From positions 13,888,001 through 13,952,000 of the forward strand of contig NW_025963779.1 of the NCBI RefSeq assembly GCF_023055435.1: a stretch of 64,000 nucleotides of DNA, given 5' to 3'. The translations under genes were made by a program, and so were the position numbers. The stretch is from Haliotis rufescens (taxonomy: Eukaryota). The notes under the pieces were generated by a model. The model did no database searches and was not told where the DNA came from. It saw only the letters and a list, made by a program, of their open reading frames with translations. Positions 10,940 to 22,428 of the stretch are shown one piece after another; position 1 is the stretch's first letter; every line of letters starts with the position of its first letter.

Positions 10940-13932
10940 TCATGTGCCATCCCCACTCTGATGGATTCACATTGAACCCTTTCCACTCCATTATCTGGTA
11001 GTTGACATGGGGACTGTGGTATCTTGCGGCTGCAGAGGTTGTTGGCAGAGTTTATGGCTCTGCGTGTGATCAATTGTTCGTCACCTTCTCCCCAAAATCG
11101 CTCGTATCATAAGCTATACAGTCCTTCCACCTTACATCCGCCATATAAAGACATATGTTCACCTGCTTCGGTGATGACTTTTTCATCCCCAGCTTCTTCT
11201 GTTTGGCTGAGACCGCCTCCGTGGTCTAATGGTAGAGCGTCCGCCCGGAGAGAGGAAGGTCCGGGGTTCGATCCCCAGCCGCGTCATACCAAAAGACGTT
11301 AACAGATGGTACTTGTTGTTACCCTGTCTGGCGCTCGGCATTAAGGGGCTAAAACAAGGACTGGTCGGCTCGGAGTCAGTATACTGTGTCTGAGTGGGGT
11401 ATTCATGTTAAACTGCGGCATGGTATCTCAGTGAGCTAGCACTATAAATCGGCATCAGTCCGGACTAGTACAAGCAGCCACACACACACATACACGTGCA
11501 TGCACGTCGCTATATAAGTGCAATAATCTTGGACGCGACGTTTAACCCCATTTCACCTCACCTCTGTTTGGCTGAAATGTTTAGCCTGATGGCAGAAGAC
11601 GGCATCATTCATGATCTTCTTCAGCGCAAGACCCATTCCCAAGCCAAACAGGTGATAAGTGTGCCACAGCCAAGAATTGCATGTAAAAAGAGCACATGCT
11701 CACATACATCACTGCCCAGCAGCTGCTTTGATTGATCATGCACCAAATCCTGATCCTTCTTGGAGCTTGCTTGGGTTCTGGTGCCAGGAACAAGTCATGT
11801 GCTTCCTTTTCAACATGAGGAAGGAAGATAAGCAAATCTGTGTCATCTCCCACCAGGACAGTGTCTGTTTTTCTTGCAGATGTGACAGCATCTTGTTTTG
11901 CCAGCTCTCTCCAGTTTGTCACCCAGATAGGCAATAAAGCCTATTGCTTTGTTCAAGAATTCTTCCTTCTACAATTGAATGACCATTTCCCCCGTGCATC
12001 ATCATTTTGGCCATTAAAGACAATGTTAGCAGCAGCATGTTTCTGCATAACATATAGATGGTACATAGTTCAAATACGTGATATAACGTAGAACCTCTTG
12101 GTCGGGTACCCGGTGAAGTACTATCCAGAATGTACTGGACATTTCCAGGTTCTTGTTGTTTCACTTGGAGGGTGTTCCAGATAGCATCAGCAAGGGTTGC
12201 CTTCCTGACCTGAAGATAATTCAAACAATGCTGGTGGGTACCTACAGAGTTCATACTTGAACACTGCTGGTAGATAGATCTTGCAGTCTACTTGTGTGAC
12301 AGTTTATTTCACAGGGAAATGATCATTCGATCGAAGAAGGAAGCATTCTTGAACACCGCAAAAAACAAACAACCCTTTGTTGCCCGCCTGGGTGATAAAC
12401 TGGAGAGATCTGGGCGCAGTTCGGTACATACAAAACAGGCGATCATTAACTTGTGTCTTAATGGTGGATGTAAGGAGTAAAGACTGGACAGCTTAAGGCT
12501 AAAGTGGTTTTGTGAGAAGGTGACGAAGAACCCACCACATGTAAGCCACCTACTCTGCCGCCATTGCAACCTCTGTAGCCGGTATACCACAGCCTTCATG
12601 TCAACTACCAGATAATGGAGTGGAAAGGGTTCAATATGAATCCATTAGTGGGGGTGGCACAGGATAGATGGACGTTGCTTACCAATACAGTCAGATCAGC
12701 CTGCAGCACCTTCAGCACTCCTTAATATCTACTGTAATTTTTTTTTTTTTTAAAAGACTATAACACTCAAAGATGCACTTGGCGGAAATATGGCCTAACT
12801 TGCAGTGCTGTGTGCAGGAAATACCAAGCTGTACCAATAAACAGTTATCAGACTTCTCAGGGGATGACATACCTGTTGAGACTTTGAGATGCATGTATAT
12901 ATAATGACCCGGCAACGTCAAGCTACAGCATTCGCCGTGTCATTTGTTTCACTGTTCATGGATCACACAATCATGTAACGGAATGAGCAGTGGATAAATA
13001 GTTTCAGATTTATATCGAAATAATGGTATTTGGTGTAGATATTGAATTTCCGCAAATTACTACAAGGGAGATAACTCATCGACTTCTTGTGTAACAACAG
13101 TTTTGGGTTAATTCTGATAGGACCTCATACAGGTCATACTTGTTTCAAACAAGTATTTACATGAATGAAAACGAAACTTGTTATAGCATTTATTGTCATG
13201 TTAATAAGTAGATTCAGACAATAACAATCAACATTGATATCTAAACTCGCCAAAACATGTCATTTAAGAGATACATTTTGCTATTTGGGGGTTGTTTTGG
13301 ATTTATGCAAATGACTGAGTATTCTACATGCATCCTTGGGTCTGTTTACCCCAATGTAGAAGTTCAAATCACTCAAAAAGTTCATCAGAGACCAACAGTG
13401 TATTAATATTCTACGTCTAGCCATCAAACTCTTGGCGGCCATCTTGGAACATTGGGCCACCAGGGGCTCTGGTGACGGAGATTCTATCTAAAAGTGTTAA
13501 CTATATTTCAGTGAGTTAGTGTGCCAAGTTATATGCATATAAGTCCTAGCACACTGTTTTAGAGTTAAAAGATTCAACAGTGTAAACACACATTTAGGAA
13601 ACTTGTCGGCAATCTTGAAATTGGCGGCCATTTTTATTTTTTGCAGATTTGTCAATAGTCGAAAACGATCAGTAGTTGTGAATATCTTTTTAGAATTATA
13701 ATATGGCTATTTCGCAATACAACACATGCTTTTTTTTTCATCAAAACATTGAACCTCATCTGAAATATGGAAGTTTTATTGATAATTGGATTATGCAAAT
13801 TAGACATATTTCCCAAACTAGGATTGCTTGGGACTTTTAGTATGTTGTTTTTAGGACCTTGTAGAAATGCATTGTGGTGAAATAAATTCTGTTGCAATTT
13901 GTTCCAAGTGAAACCTTATTTTGCCTGGACTA
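10940..13932. mobile_element. Academ-like DNA transposon relic (XPG-like nuclease region); two fragments in opposite orientation
   Basis: Minus-strand fragments VLVGDDTDLLI, FLHAILGC, PTSAAARYHS...QIMEWKG...EWGW. Plus-strand KKEAFLNTAKNKQPF and a second QIMEWKG copy at ~12565-12660. Subterminal ggcggccatcttg motifs; terminus ...tttgcctggacta (13932). Confidence 0.6.
11211..11562 (+). mobile_element. tRNA-derived SINE family B (~350 bp, Meta/MESC-like central domain)
   Basis: Box A tggtctaatgg, box B ggttcgatccc, central gtcataccaaaagacgtt...ggcgctcggcattaagg, (CA)n, 13-bp TSD tctgtttggctga. Confidence 0.9.
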
Positions 13933-14448
13933 GATGAGGTTCATCACATCTTCAAAGGAAGCTACGTTAACCAAGAAGGGCGTTTGCCTAAAGAAACGCG
14001 AAGGCGAACCCAATCCCAGTCTCTGATATGTAATGAGTGAGTGAGCTTTGGTTTAACGCCAGTTTTTTATTTGTAACACAGCATATTAGCTTGCTGTGTG
14101 AAGAATGCCCGAATTGTACAGGTTTTGGTGAAACCCACGAGCTGACAAACTGAATAGTGCTGACAAACTCTGCCCTATGTTATGAGAGTTGGCGATGGGG
14201 TCGTTCCATCTTCAAATGTAGCAACGTGAACCAAGAAGAACATGTGTATATCCCAAAGCGCTACACAAAAAAAAACGGTTCAAAAACGGTTTTTATCCAA
14301 CACTTATCCTTTAAACTACTCCCTAGGATATTCATGAACTGCTAGATTAATATACACGATAAGATTTGAGCAGACATTTTAAGTTAGTTTTTGAACTATA
14401 CTATTGAAAAGAAGTTTCTTTCATATTGCTATAATAAATCTGTCACGG

Positions 14449-14801
14449 AGGTGAGGTGAAATGGGGTTTAACGTCGCGTCCAAGATTATTGAACCTTTAT
14501 AGCGACGTGCATGTACGTGTGTGTGTTTGTGTGGCTGCTTGTACTAGTCCGGACTGATGCCGATTTATAGTGCCAGCTCACTGAGATACCATGCCGCAGT
14601 TTAACATGAATACCCCACTCAGACACAGTATACTGACTCCGAGCCGACCAGTCCTTGTTTTAGCCCCTTAATGCCGAGCGCCAGACAGGGTAACAACAAG
14701 TACCATCTTTTAACGTCTTTTGGTATGACGCGGCCGGGGATCGAACCCGGGACCTTCCGCTCTCCGGGCGGACGCTCTACCACTAGACCACGGATACGGT
14801 C
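14449..14801 (-). mobile_element. SINE family B
   Basis: Full-length reverse copy; TSD gtcacgg. Confidence 0.9.
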
Positions 14802-15540
14802 GTCACGGCATGTGAAAGAATCGGGTGCTCTGTCTTCTTTTGAGTAGTATATTTAATTCAAAAGTTAATTGGGCTGCCAATAAACCGAGCAGGTAAGCAT
14901 CTTTAACATTTTAGCAAACAAATAAATGATTAAATAGATAGTGCCTCATGCTCGCAACCACGAGAGTGATTTTTTATGTTAAATGCAAAATGTACATTAT
15001 CATTTTGGAAAACGTAAACTCTGCATAGTTGTCTTATAATGTCATCATGTCTCATCTTATGACTTGTCAAGACGAACTAAGATAGTCGAAGGTAACTGTG
15101 GCGCCCAAGTCTGAGATAGCCAAGGGAACAACCAGGTGCCACGTTATACTTCACCTTCAAGTCTTTTACAAATCTCAGTACATCAGTGTTGGTCATGAAG
15201 GTGTGTCGAGGCATTGCAGCGTTATTGGTTTGTGTCGTGGGCGTCACTGCTGCTGATCTTTGTTTGGTGAGTGATCCTACAAACATTACATTCAGTAGAA
15301 GGTTGGAAACTAGTCACCGCATGGAGAGTCCTATTTACCAGCAATGTCTTCCGCCGTATTCGGCAAGACCCGTGTATACCTATGCCTATCTAAAAATGAG
15401 ACAATTACAGTGAAACCGTTTAACTTGAACATCTTTAAAGGTATTCATCGAGTCGTATTAAAAGCCTGGAAGACCTGAAGTAACACGTTGCCTGAATATG
15501 TCACAGTGGAATCACCCTTTCCCCTTTCTGCACTAAAGGA

Positions 15541-15930
15541 ACCTGTTAAGATCTGGGGTGGAATAGGTCTTCAGCAACCCATGCTTACCGAAAAAAGGCC
15601 ACTATGCTTGTCGTAGAAGGCGACTGATCAGATGGTCAGACTCGACGACTTAGTAGATGCATGTCATCGTATCCCAATTGCGTGTGGGTACAATGTGTGA
15701 AGCAACGCCGTGATATAGCTGGAATATTGCTAAAAGGGGCGTAAACCGCATTCACTCACTCACTCCCAAAAGCGTGGATCGATGCTCATGATGTCAATCA
15801 CTGGACTGTCTGGTCCAGACTTGATTATTCACAGACCGCCGTCATATAGTTTTGTACCCATGTCGGGAATCGAACCCGAGTTTTCGGCGTGAATAGCACA
15901 CGCTTTAACCACTAGGCTACCCGACCGCCC
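15541..15930. mobile_element. Family C retroposon with nested or adjacent SINE A fragments, in GILT-2 intron 1
   Basis: C 15541-15850 interrupted by an A 3' half (+, ~15685-15765); an A 5' half on - at ~15853-15930. Confidence 0.75.
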
Positions 15931-17429
15931 TTATTTAGAAGGAATAAGGAGAAGTACCCAATTTGAAGAGAATTACCTATGTTCTCTGTAAACACAAAAA
16001 TAACTTCTTAAGTGTCTGAATATTAACGTGATACCAAGGTGGCATTAATTATTCACACTCTGTATTGAATTGTGCATCCGTCAGTGGCTATTTGCATTTT
16101 CTGTAAGAGACGTTTGTCTAGCGATAACAGTACATGAACTCTCTGTTTCAGGATTGACAAGAGGACACTACCACTGCTGAGCCAGTAGACCTTGTTCTGT
16201 ATTATGAGTCTATGTGCCCCTACTGTCGCGCGTTCATCACCACCCAACTCTACCCTACCTTCACGGCTCTGCCTTCTCGTGTCCTCAATGTCACAATTGT
16301 GCCCTACGGCTTTGCCAGGGTAGGTATTCTGTCTTCTTGTGTTCTTGGGGTCACAATAGTTCCGAGCGGTAACGCCAAGGTAGGTATTATGTGACAATTA
16401 ATAGTATGTGGCAATAAGTTACTAGACTAGTGATGACACTTACAGACAGAAAAATAGCCGAATATCTGCTATTTTACATATTAAACTGTTTCAGGGAAGG
16501 CAGCGAAACGGCATCTGGGAGTTCACCTGTCAGCACGGCTCCGAGGAGTGTCTTGGTAACATAATCGCCGTGAGTTGAGAATCTTAACTTTTGATGTTGA
16601 ATTTCCAAACACGCACGTTCAGTGTAACTCTTCAATTTTCGATGACATCCTGTGACATTGTGAAAGAGTAAACCTTGAGATCAGAATGCATCTTGTCATC
16701 AGTGTTAGTTAAGAGAACAATTTATAGATCTCTTTGGACAAACGGTAACTTTGTATTTTCTTTTCAGTCGTGTGCCCTGAAGCATACCTCATATAAAGCC
16801 AGAGACTACATGCCGTTCATCAACTGTATGGAGGCCAGCACGGTTCATGGTCACGAGTTGACCGCCTTACACAAGGTACCCGTCTTTACCCTTTGTGTCA
16901 GAAGGCGTCACCATATTTTCACCTTGGATAGGTCAAGACCAGCCTGATCTTCTAGTGCTGTTGGATCTACTACGCGATGGCTGAATCTGGCAAACGTTAA
17001 CGTGCATGTGACTATGCAATGGCTGCGTCCGTAATGTCTTGCCGTATATACACGTGCATGGAACTCCGTCAAAGTAGCGGTGAGGGTTGCTCGTAAGAGT
17101 GCACGTGACTACGTGAAGGTTGTATCGTACGTCTAAGGGACCACCGTGTATGGTAGCTGCGTCCGTGGTTGCAATAAGGGGAACGGGGTGGATGTTGGGG
17201 TTGTACAGATCTACCGTCTTTCTATGGATCGTACATGACGTTATGACGGACATGTTGAAATATGTCCTCTTTAAGTAGCACATGACGTTATCAGATGGGG
17301 GTCAGTTGCAATTTCGTCAAATGGAGGTTTTTCATAAAACTTGGATAGACCAGCCTTATCTTCTAGTTCTGTTAAATCGGTTGTTCCCCTCCTCCAGTAG
17401 TGGGCTTTAGCATCTAGTATGGCATGCCT

Positions 17430-17614
17430 GGACAGACAATCCAGAGATTAATATCATGAGCATCGATCCACGCAATTGGGATCAATGACATGCATCAACC
17501 TAGTCAGCGAGCCTGACCACCCGATCCCCCCAGTCGCCTTTTACGACAAGCATAGTCGCCTTAAGGCAAGCATGGTTTGCTGAAGACCTATTCTACCCCG
17601 TATCTTCACGGGTC
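17430..17614 (-). mobile_element. Family C short retroposon
   Basis: Reverse copy starting gacccgtgaagatacggggtagaataggtcttcagc. Confidence 0.8.
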
Positions 17615-17721
17615 CTATGCAATCACTGTCGTTGAGTCAATAGTTGCAACACGGTTGCAATGAGGAACGAGGTGGGTGGTAGTGGTGGTTGCAATGAAGG
17701 GTGAGTGGTGGTGGCTGCAAT

Positions 17722-18034
17722 GAGGTGAGATTAAATGGGTTTAGCCTCCCGTTCAAAATTATTGCATCGTGCATGCAGTATGTGTTTGTGTGGCTGCTTG
17801 TACTAGTCTGGACTGATGCCGATTTTAAAGTGCTAGCCCACTGAGATACCATGTCGCAGGTTAACATGAATACCCCACTCAGACACAGTATACTGACTCC
17901 GAGCCGACCAGTCCTTGTTTTACCCACTAATGAGGATCACCAAACAGGGTAACAACAAGTACCTTTTAACATTCGATCAACCCGGGCCTTCTGCTCTCCA
18001 GGCGGACGCTCTACCACTAGACCATTGAGGCGGT
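17722..18034 (-). mobile_element. SINE family B (degenerate)
   Basis: Similarity to 11211-11562. Confidence 0.8.
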
Positions 18035-18674
18035 CGATGAAGGGAATGAGGTTGGGGGTGCATCCATGGTTGCAATAAGGGGAAAGGGCTGGGTGGTGAC
18101 AACCTAGCTGGGGTACCTTGATTAATCCCAATGGTCACTTGTAAGTTAAGCTGAACTATCGTTGTTAGCGATCTATAGCCTGAATGCTATTTTGTGTCAT
18201 TTTATAGTTGCATCTTTTTCACTCTGGCACAACAAGGCTTAACTTCCCACTAGACGCACTCACTCACTCACTAGCTATTGGACATAGTGACCCTCCTCAT
18301 CGCCATTTCAGTGTGCAGCTGCAAACAAGATTTCAGAGGCCGACATATCGACTTGTTTGAAGAATAAAGATGGCAAAGACTTGTTGCACCAGATGGCGCT
18401 GACCACACAGAGAGCGAAAATCCACTACGTCCCTTGGATTGTCGTGAATGGCCAACACACCACAAGCATACAGAACAGCGCCCAAGCAGGGTTAATGAGT
18501 TTTATTTGCAAGAAGTACACTGGGCTACAGCCAACAGCCTGTAAAGGCGGTTCACATGCATCAGTCATAGGGTGATGTCCTCCACAACAATATCTTTCAA
18601 TCTTTGGCATCCAGCATTGACATTGGGGATATTAAAATATCTTTTGCGTCAGTTTTTTTTTACAAAGATACTTT

Positions 18675-18935
18675 TGTTTGTTTGATGTTTAATGCCGCAC
18701 TCAGCAATATTCCAGCTGTATGACTGCTGTCTGTAAATAATTGAGTCTGGACCAGACAATCCAGTGATTGAACCCATGAGCATTGATTTACGCAATTGGG
18801 ATACGATGACATGCATCAACCAAGTCAGCGAGACTGACAACCCGATCCTGTTAGTCGCCTCTTATGACAAGTATAGGCGCCTTTAATGGCAAGATTGGGT
18901 TGCTGAAGACCTATTCTACCCTGGATCTTCACGGG
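18675..18935 (-). mobile_element. Family C short retroposon
   Basis: Full-length reverse copy with (AAAC)n tail. Confidence 0.8.
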
Positions 18936-19009
18936 TATTGATTTTGCAGTATCAAATTACAGTGCCTGCAAAACATACTGACATTCTCAAACAACTATTA
19001 CCTTCATGG

Positions 19010-19341
19010 TGAGGTGAAATGTGGTTTGACGACCACGGTCAAGATAATGGCACTCATCTTGCTACCTGCATACACGTATGTGTGGCTGTTTGTACTAGTC
19101 TAGACTAATGCCGATTTTTTAGGGCTAGCCCACTGACATACCATGCCGCAGTTCAACATGAGTTCCCCACTCAGACACAGTATACTGACTCCAAGCTGTC
19201 CTTGTATTAGCCCCTTAATGCTGAGCGCCATGCAGGCAAACAACAAGTACTAAGGTCTTTTAGTATGAAGCGGCTGGGGATCAAACCCTTGACCTTCCGC
19301 TCTCTTGGCAGATGCTCTACCTAAATACCATGGAGGCGGTC
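19010..19341 (-). mobile_element. SINE family B
   Basis: Similarity to 11211-11562. Confidence 0.8.
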
Positions 19342-19862
19342 TCATTCGACTGAGACCATGCCGAAATTGTTTCCATAAAAACATAAAAAAATAAAATTTT
19401 GAAATCGCAAAAGGCACCAGTTAAGCTGATGGGAAGTGCATATGCCAAGTTTCATTAAAAAAATATTGAAAGGTTTTCAAGTTATGGCGTACCTTCGTTT
19501 GTGACTAAGTTGAAACTGTTTCCATGGAAACAACAAAGAAGAACGAATTTGAAAAAAGCAAACAGCGCCAGTTAATATAATGAGCAATGCATATTCCAAG
19601 TTTCGTTGAACAATATTGTACAGACACAATTAACCAGCAGTCATGATGTAAATGCACACTGAAGTTCTGAACATCACAAAATTACACAATAAAGATATGG
19701 TTATTGATACGGAAGGTATTCAATTTCATAGCTGTATAATCAGTCATATCAGATTTCAGGCACTTACACAATGATCAAGGTAAAAAGGGATCCTAAATTA
19801 TACATTTATCACTCTAAAGTGTGTTTTTCATTTCTGAATTTGTTAAGTTTGGGAAACATTTC

Positions 19863-20785
19863 AAACAAGTGTCATCCGAAGATGTCAAATCCACCCCGGT
19901 CTCCACAAATTTGACAGAACAATTCATCTGACTGTTACTTTAGGTCCAACTTTCTGAGAGAATTTCTATCATATCTGTCAGTCTGTATACAAGAGTAGTT
20001 ATTGAGCTATCAAAACAATACCATGTAATTGGGCTTCGGAACTTTGTATTTCTATGTCAGGTACACACCACTATGAACAGAGTCAAAATCAAACTTGTTG
20101 CTATGGAAAAATAAAAATAAAAATGCTAAAAATCACCAAATAGCAAAAGGCACCATTTGATAACCTGGTCCTTGTGTGCACAGTTTCAAGCAAGAGTACC
20201 TATTAGTTTTAGAGATATGTTCCACCCCAATCAACAGAGTCAAAGTCAAACTTGTTGCCATGGAAACCGGAAAAAAATATTTTTTTAAAATAGCGAAATA
20301 GTGAGGGAACCACTTCAGACCTTAGTTATATACAAGTACCAAGTTTGGATGAAAATTGTTTAAAAGTTTTTTAGTTCTGCTCCAGAAACGACACCAACCA
20401 CCATTTCAGCTAAGTCTTACTTGTTTCCATGGAAACAGGGAAAGATCAAATTTTGAAAAATACTAAATAGCAAAAGGCACCACTTCAGCCCTTGGTTAAT
20501 ACATGAACCAGGTTTGAATGAAAAGTCTTTCACACTTTTCAAGTTGTGCTCCGAAAAGTCTAAATTGTTTTAAGAATAAAACATAAAAATGCCAAAAGTC
20601 TGCAAATAGCTTAAGGCAGCACTTCAGGATCAACTTGATATATCTGCCAATCTTAGTTTAAAAATATTGAACGGTTTTCAAGTTACGATCCAGAAACGAA
20701 AAGATTACAGATGGACAGACAGACGGACGGACGGACAAGGCGTCATCTGTATCCCCCCCGCATTACATGCCTAGGGGATAATAAA
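19863..20785 (+). mobile_element. Non-autonomous Helentron-associated (pearl/HINE-like) element with internal diverged tandem units
   Basis: Starts aacaag; repeated units aaacttgttgccatggaaac...aaatagcaaaaggcaccacttcag; (GACA/GACG)n; terminal GC hairpin cccc...ggggataataa. Related units at ~19345-19620. Confidence 0.6.
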
Positions 20786-21305
20786 CATAAAAGCTTATTT
20801 GTGCAAAAAGTTGTTCTTTTGATGGGCAAACACAATCCCCTCACTTGCAGAAATTCTGATAGAATACCCAAAATCACTTGGAAGAAATTTGCAAATTCTG
20901 CCAACTATTCAAATTAGTTTGAAATGGGATTACTGAAGGACTTGGAAAAGAAATATGTATAATAATTTTTTATGCACTACTGAAGAAACTGAAAACAGGT
21001 GTAATGAGAACTGCAGTGACTTCATCAGTGATGTTCTGTCACACCAGGTGAGCTAAATGGCTATATCCATTTTGCAGATTATAGAAATTGTTTGAAAAGT
21101 CTCTACATAGATGTACATCCTATCTATTAAACAAATTAAAGAAATGCTACTTACTGAATGGAACACAAGAAGTATTTTTCAGTAAATCATGTTTTGCCCA
21201 CCTGTATTTTTTGGCTTTGAACAAAACTAACCTGGACAAACCATTAGCTTGTGTCATACAGTATGAACCAGCATCACTATATTCGACATCCTAACGTCAA
21301 AGGAG

Positions 21306-21580
21306 AGAGTGAGTTGGGTTTAACACCGCTTTTAACAATATTCCAGTTATATCACGGCGTGTCAGTTTAATGTGAGAGGAAAGCCCGAAGTGATGCAGGT
21401 CTCAGACGTTTACCACTTCGGTGAAACCCACGAGCACAGGTATGTTGCTGACAAACCTAGAAACATAATCGGGGCGAACCGGGATTCAAACCCATAATCA
21501 TAGGTTTCTGGCGTGCCCAAGGGACGCAACTCTGCACAGCGAATCGCGGCGCCTTAGACAACTGGGCCACCCGTGCCCCC
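21306..21580 (-). mobile_element. tRNA-derived SINE family D (V-domain-like body)
   Basis: Head ggggcacgggtggcccagttgtctaaggcgcc, box B-like ggtttgaatcc, body gtttgtcagc...tttcctctcacattaaactgac, 14-bp TSD taacgtcaaaggag. Confidence 0.85.
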
Positions 21581-21894
21581 TAACGTCAAAGGAGCTGCTG
21601 CATATGACATTATCATACTCCATACTTCACTGTCTTCATCATCTCATCATAGTCATGATAGGAAGGACATTTCTTCACTTATATGTTTGAGAGACAATTT
21701 GCAAACATACATATACAGTAAAATAAAGCTATTTGCATCCTGAAGAATCCCAGTTTATTTTTTATAAAAATAATGAAGCAAACAAGTCTTTGATGCCTTT
21801 CCCAGGGAGGAATAATCCTGAGCGCCACAGGAAGATACAATGATCTATCCTCAACCGTTCTTACAACATATGCTTATATATCTCATTCTGACAG

Positions 21895-22335
21895 CAGAGC
21901 TACAGATAAGCAGCGTATTTGCATAAAATACCCCCAATAATATTAATTCAAAACCCAATTACTTTCAATTAACTTGCGTACAGAAATCCATGCATTATAT
22001 GAAAAACTCAAACGTACAAAAACAGAATGCGTAAATACCCAATGAAGTTTTTTCAGCATGTACATGGAGCTAATTTCCGAAGCACAAATACGAGCTAATT
22101 TACATTCTGTGTCAAGCCTATATATTTAGAACAGTTATCATGGTTATGTACATCTAAAACATTCTTTCTTTTTTTTAAAATCCTAAAGTGTTCACTCTTT
22201 TGGGGGAAACCCCAATAGAGTGATGAACAGATGAGTGGAAAAATATTGGTTACCCGATGAAAAATGTAATAACCCAATCAAAATAGAAACCCAAGAGTAA
22301 AAATTCAATTGCTCAAAAAGTCATCTGGAGCTCTA
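21895..22335. mobile_element. MITE with CAGAGCT TIRs and 6-bp TSD
   Basis: cagagctacagata...catctggagctcta; TSD tgacag. Confidence 0.8.
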
Positions 22336-22428
22336 TGACAGTTAAATACATTGAATCTTGATGCAAGCAACAAATATCTCTGAGATTGTAATGTTACATT
22401 ATCTTGTAACTTGAAGGAATATTAAGCA

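Larger units (their letters stand above)
15195..18575 (+). pseudogene. IFI30: GILT paralog 2; 5 exons intact except an in-frame TGA at codon 26 (null allele/pseudogene or recoded)
   Basis: Exons 15195-15266, 16152-16319, 16495-16569, 16768-16875, 18312-18575 have the same lengths as paralog 1. CPYC, CQHGSEECLGN and VPWIVVNG retained. Exon 2 begins GAT TGA versus GAT TGT. Confidence 0.85.

Noticed and set aside
18715-18775. SECIS-like ATGA-N11-AAA...GA downstream of GILT-2
   Set aside because: Lies in a high-copy family C repeat past the likely poly(A) signal, and helix II pairing next to the core is poor.
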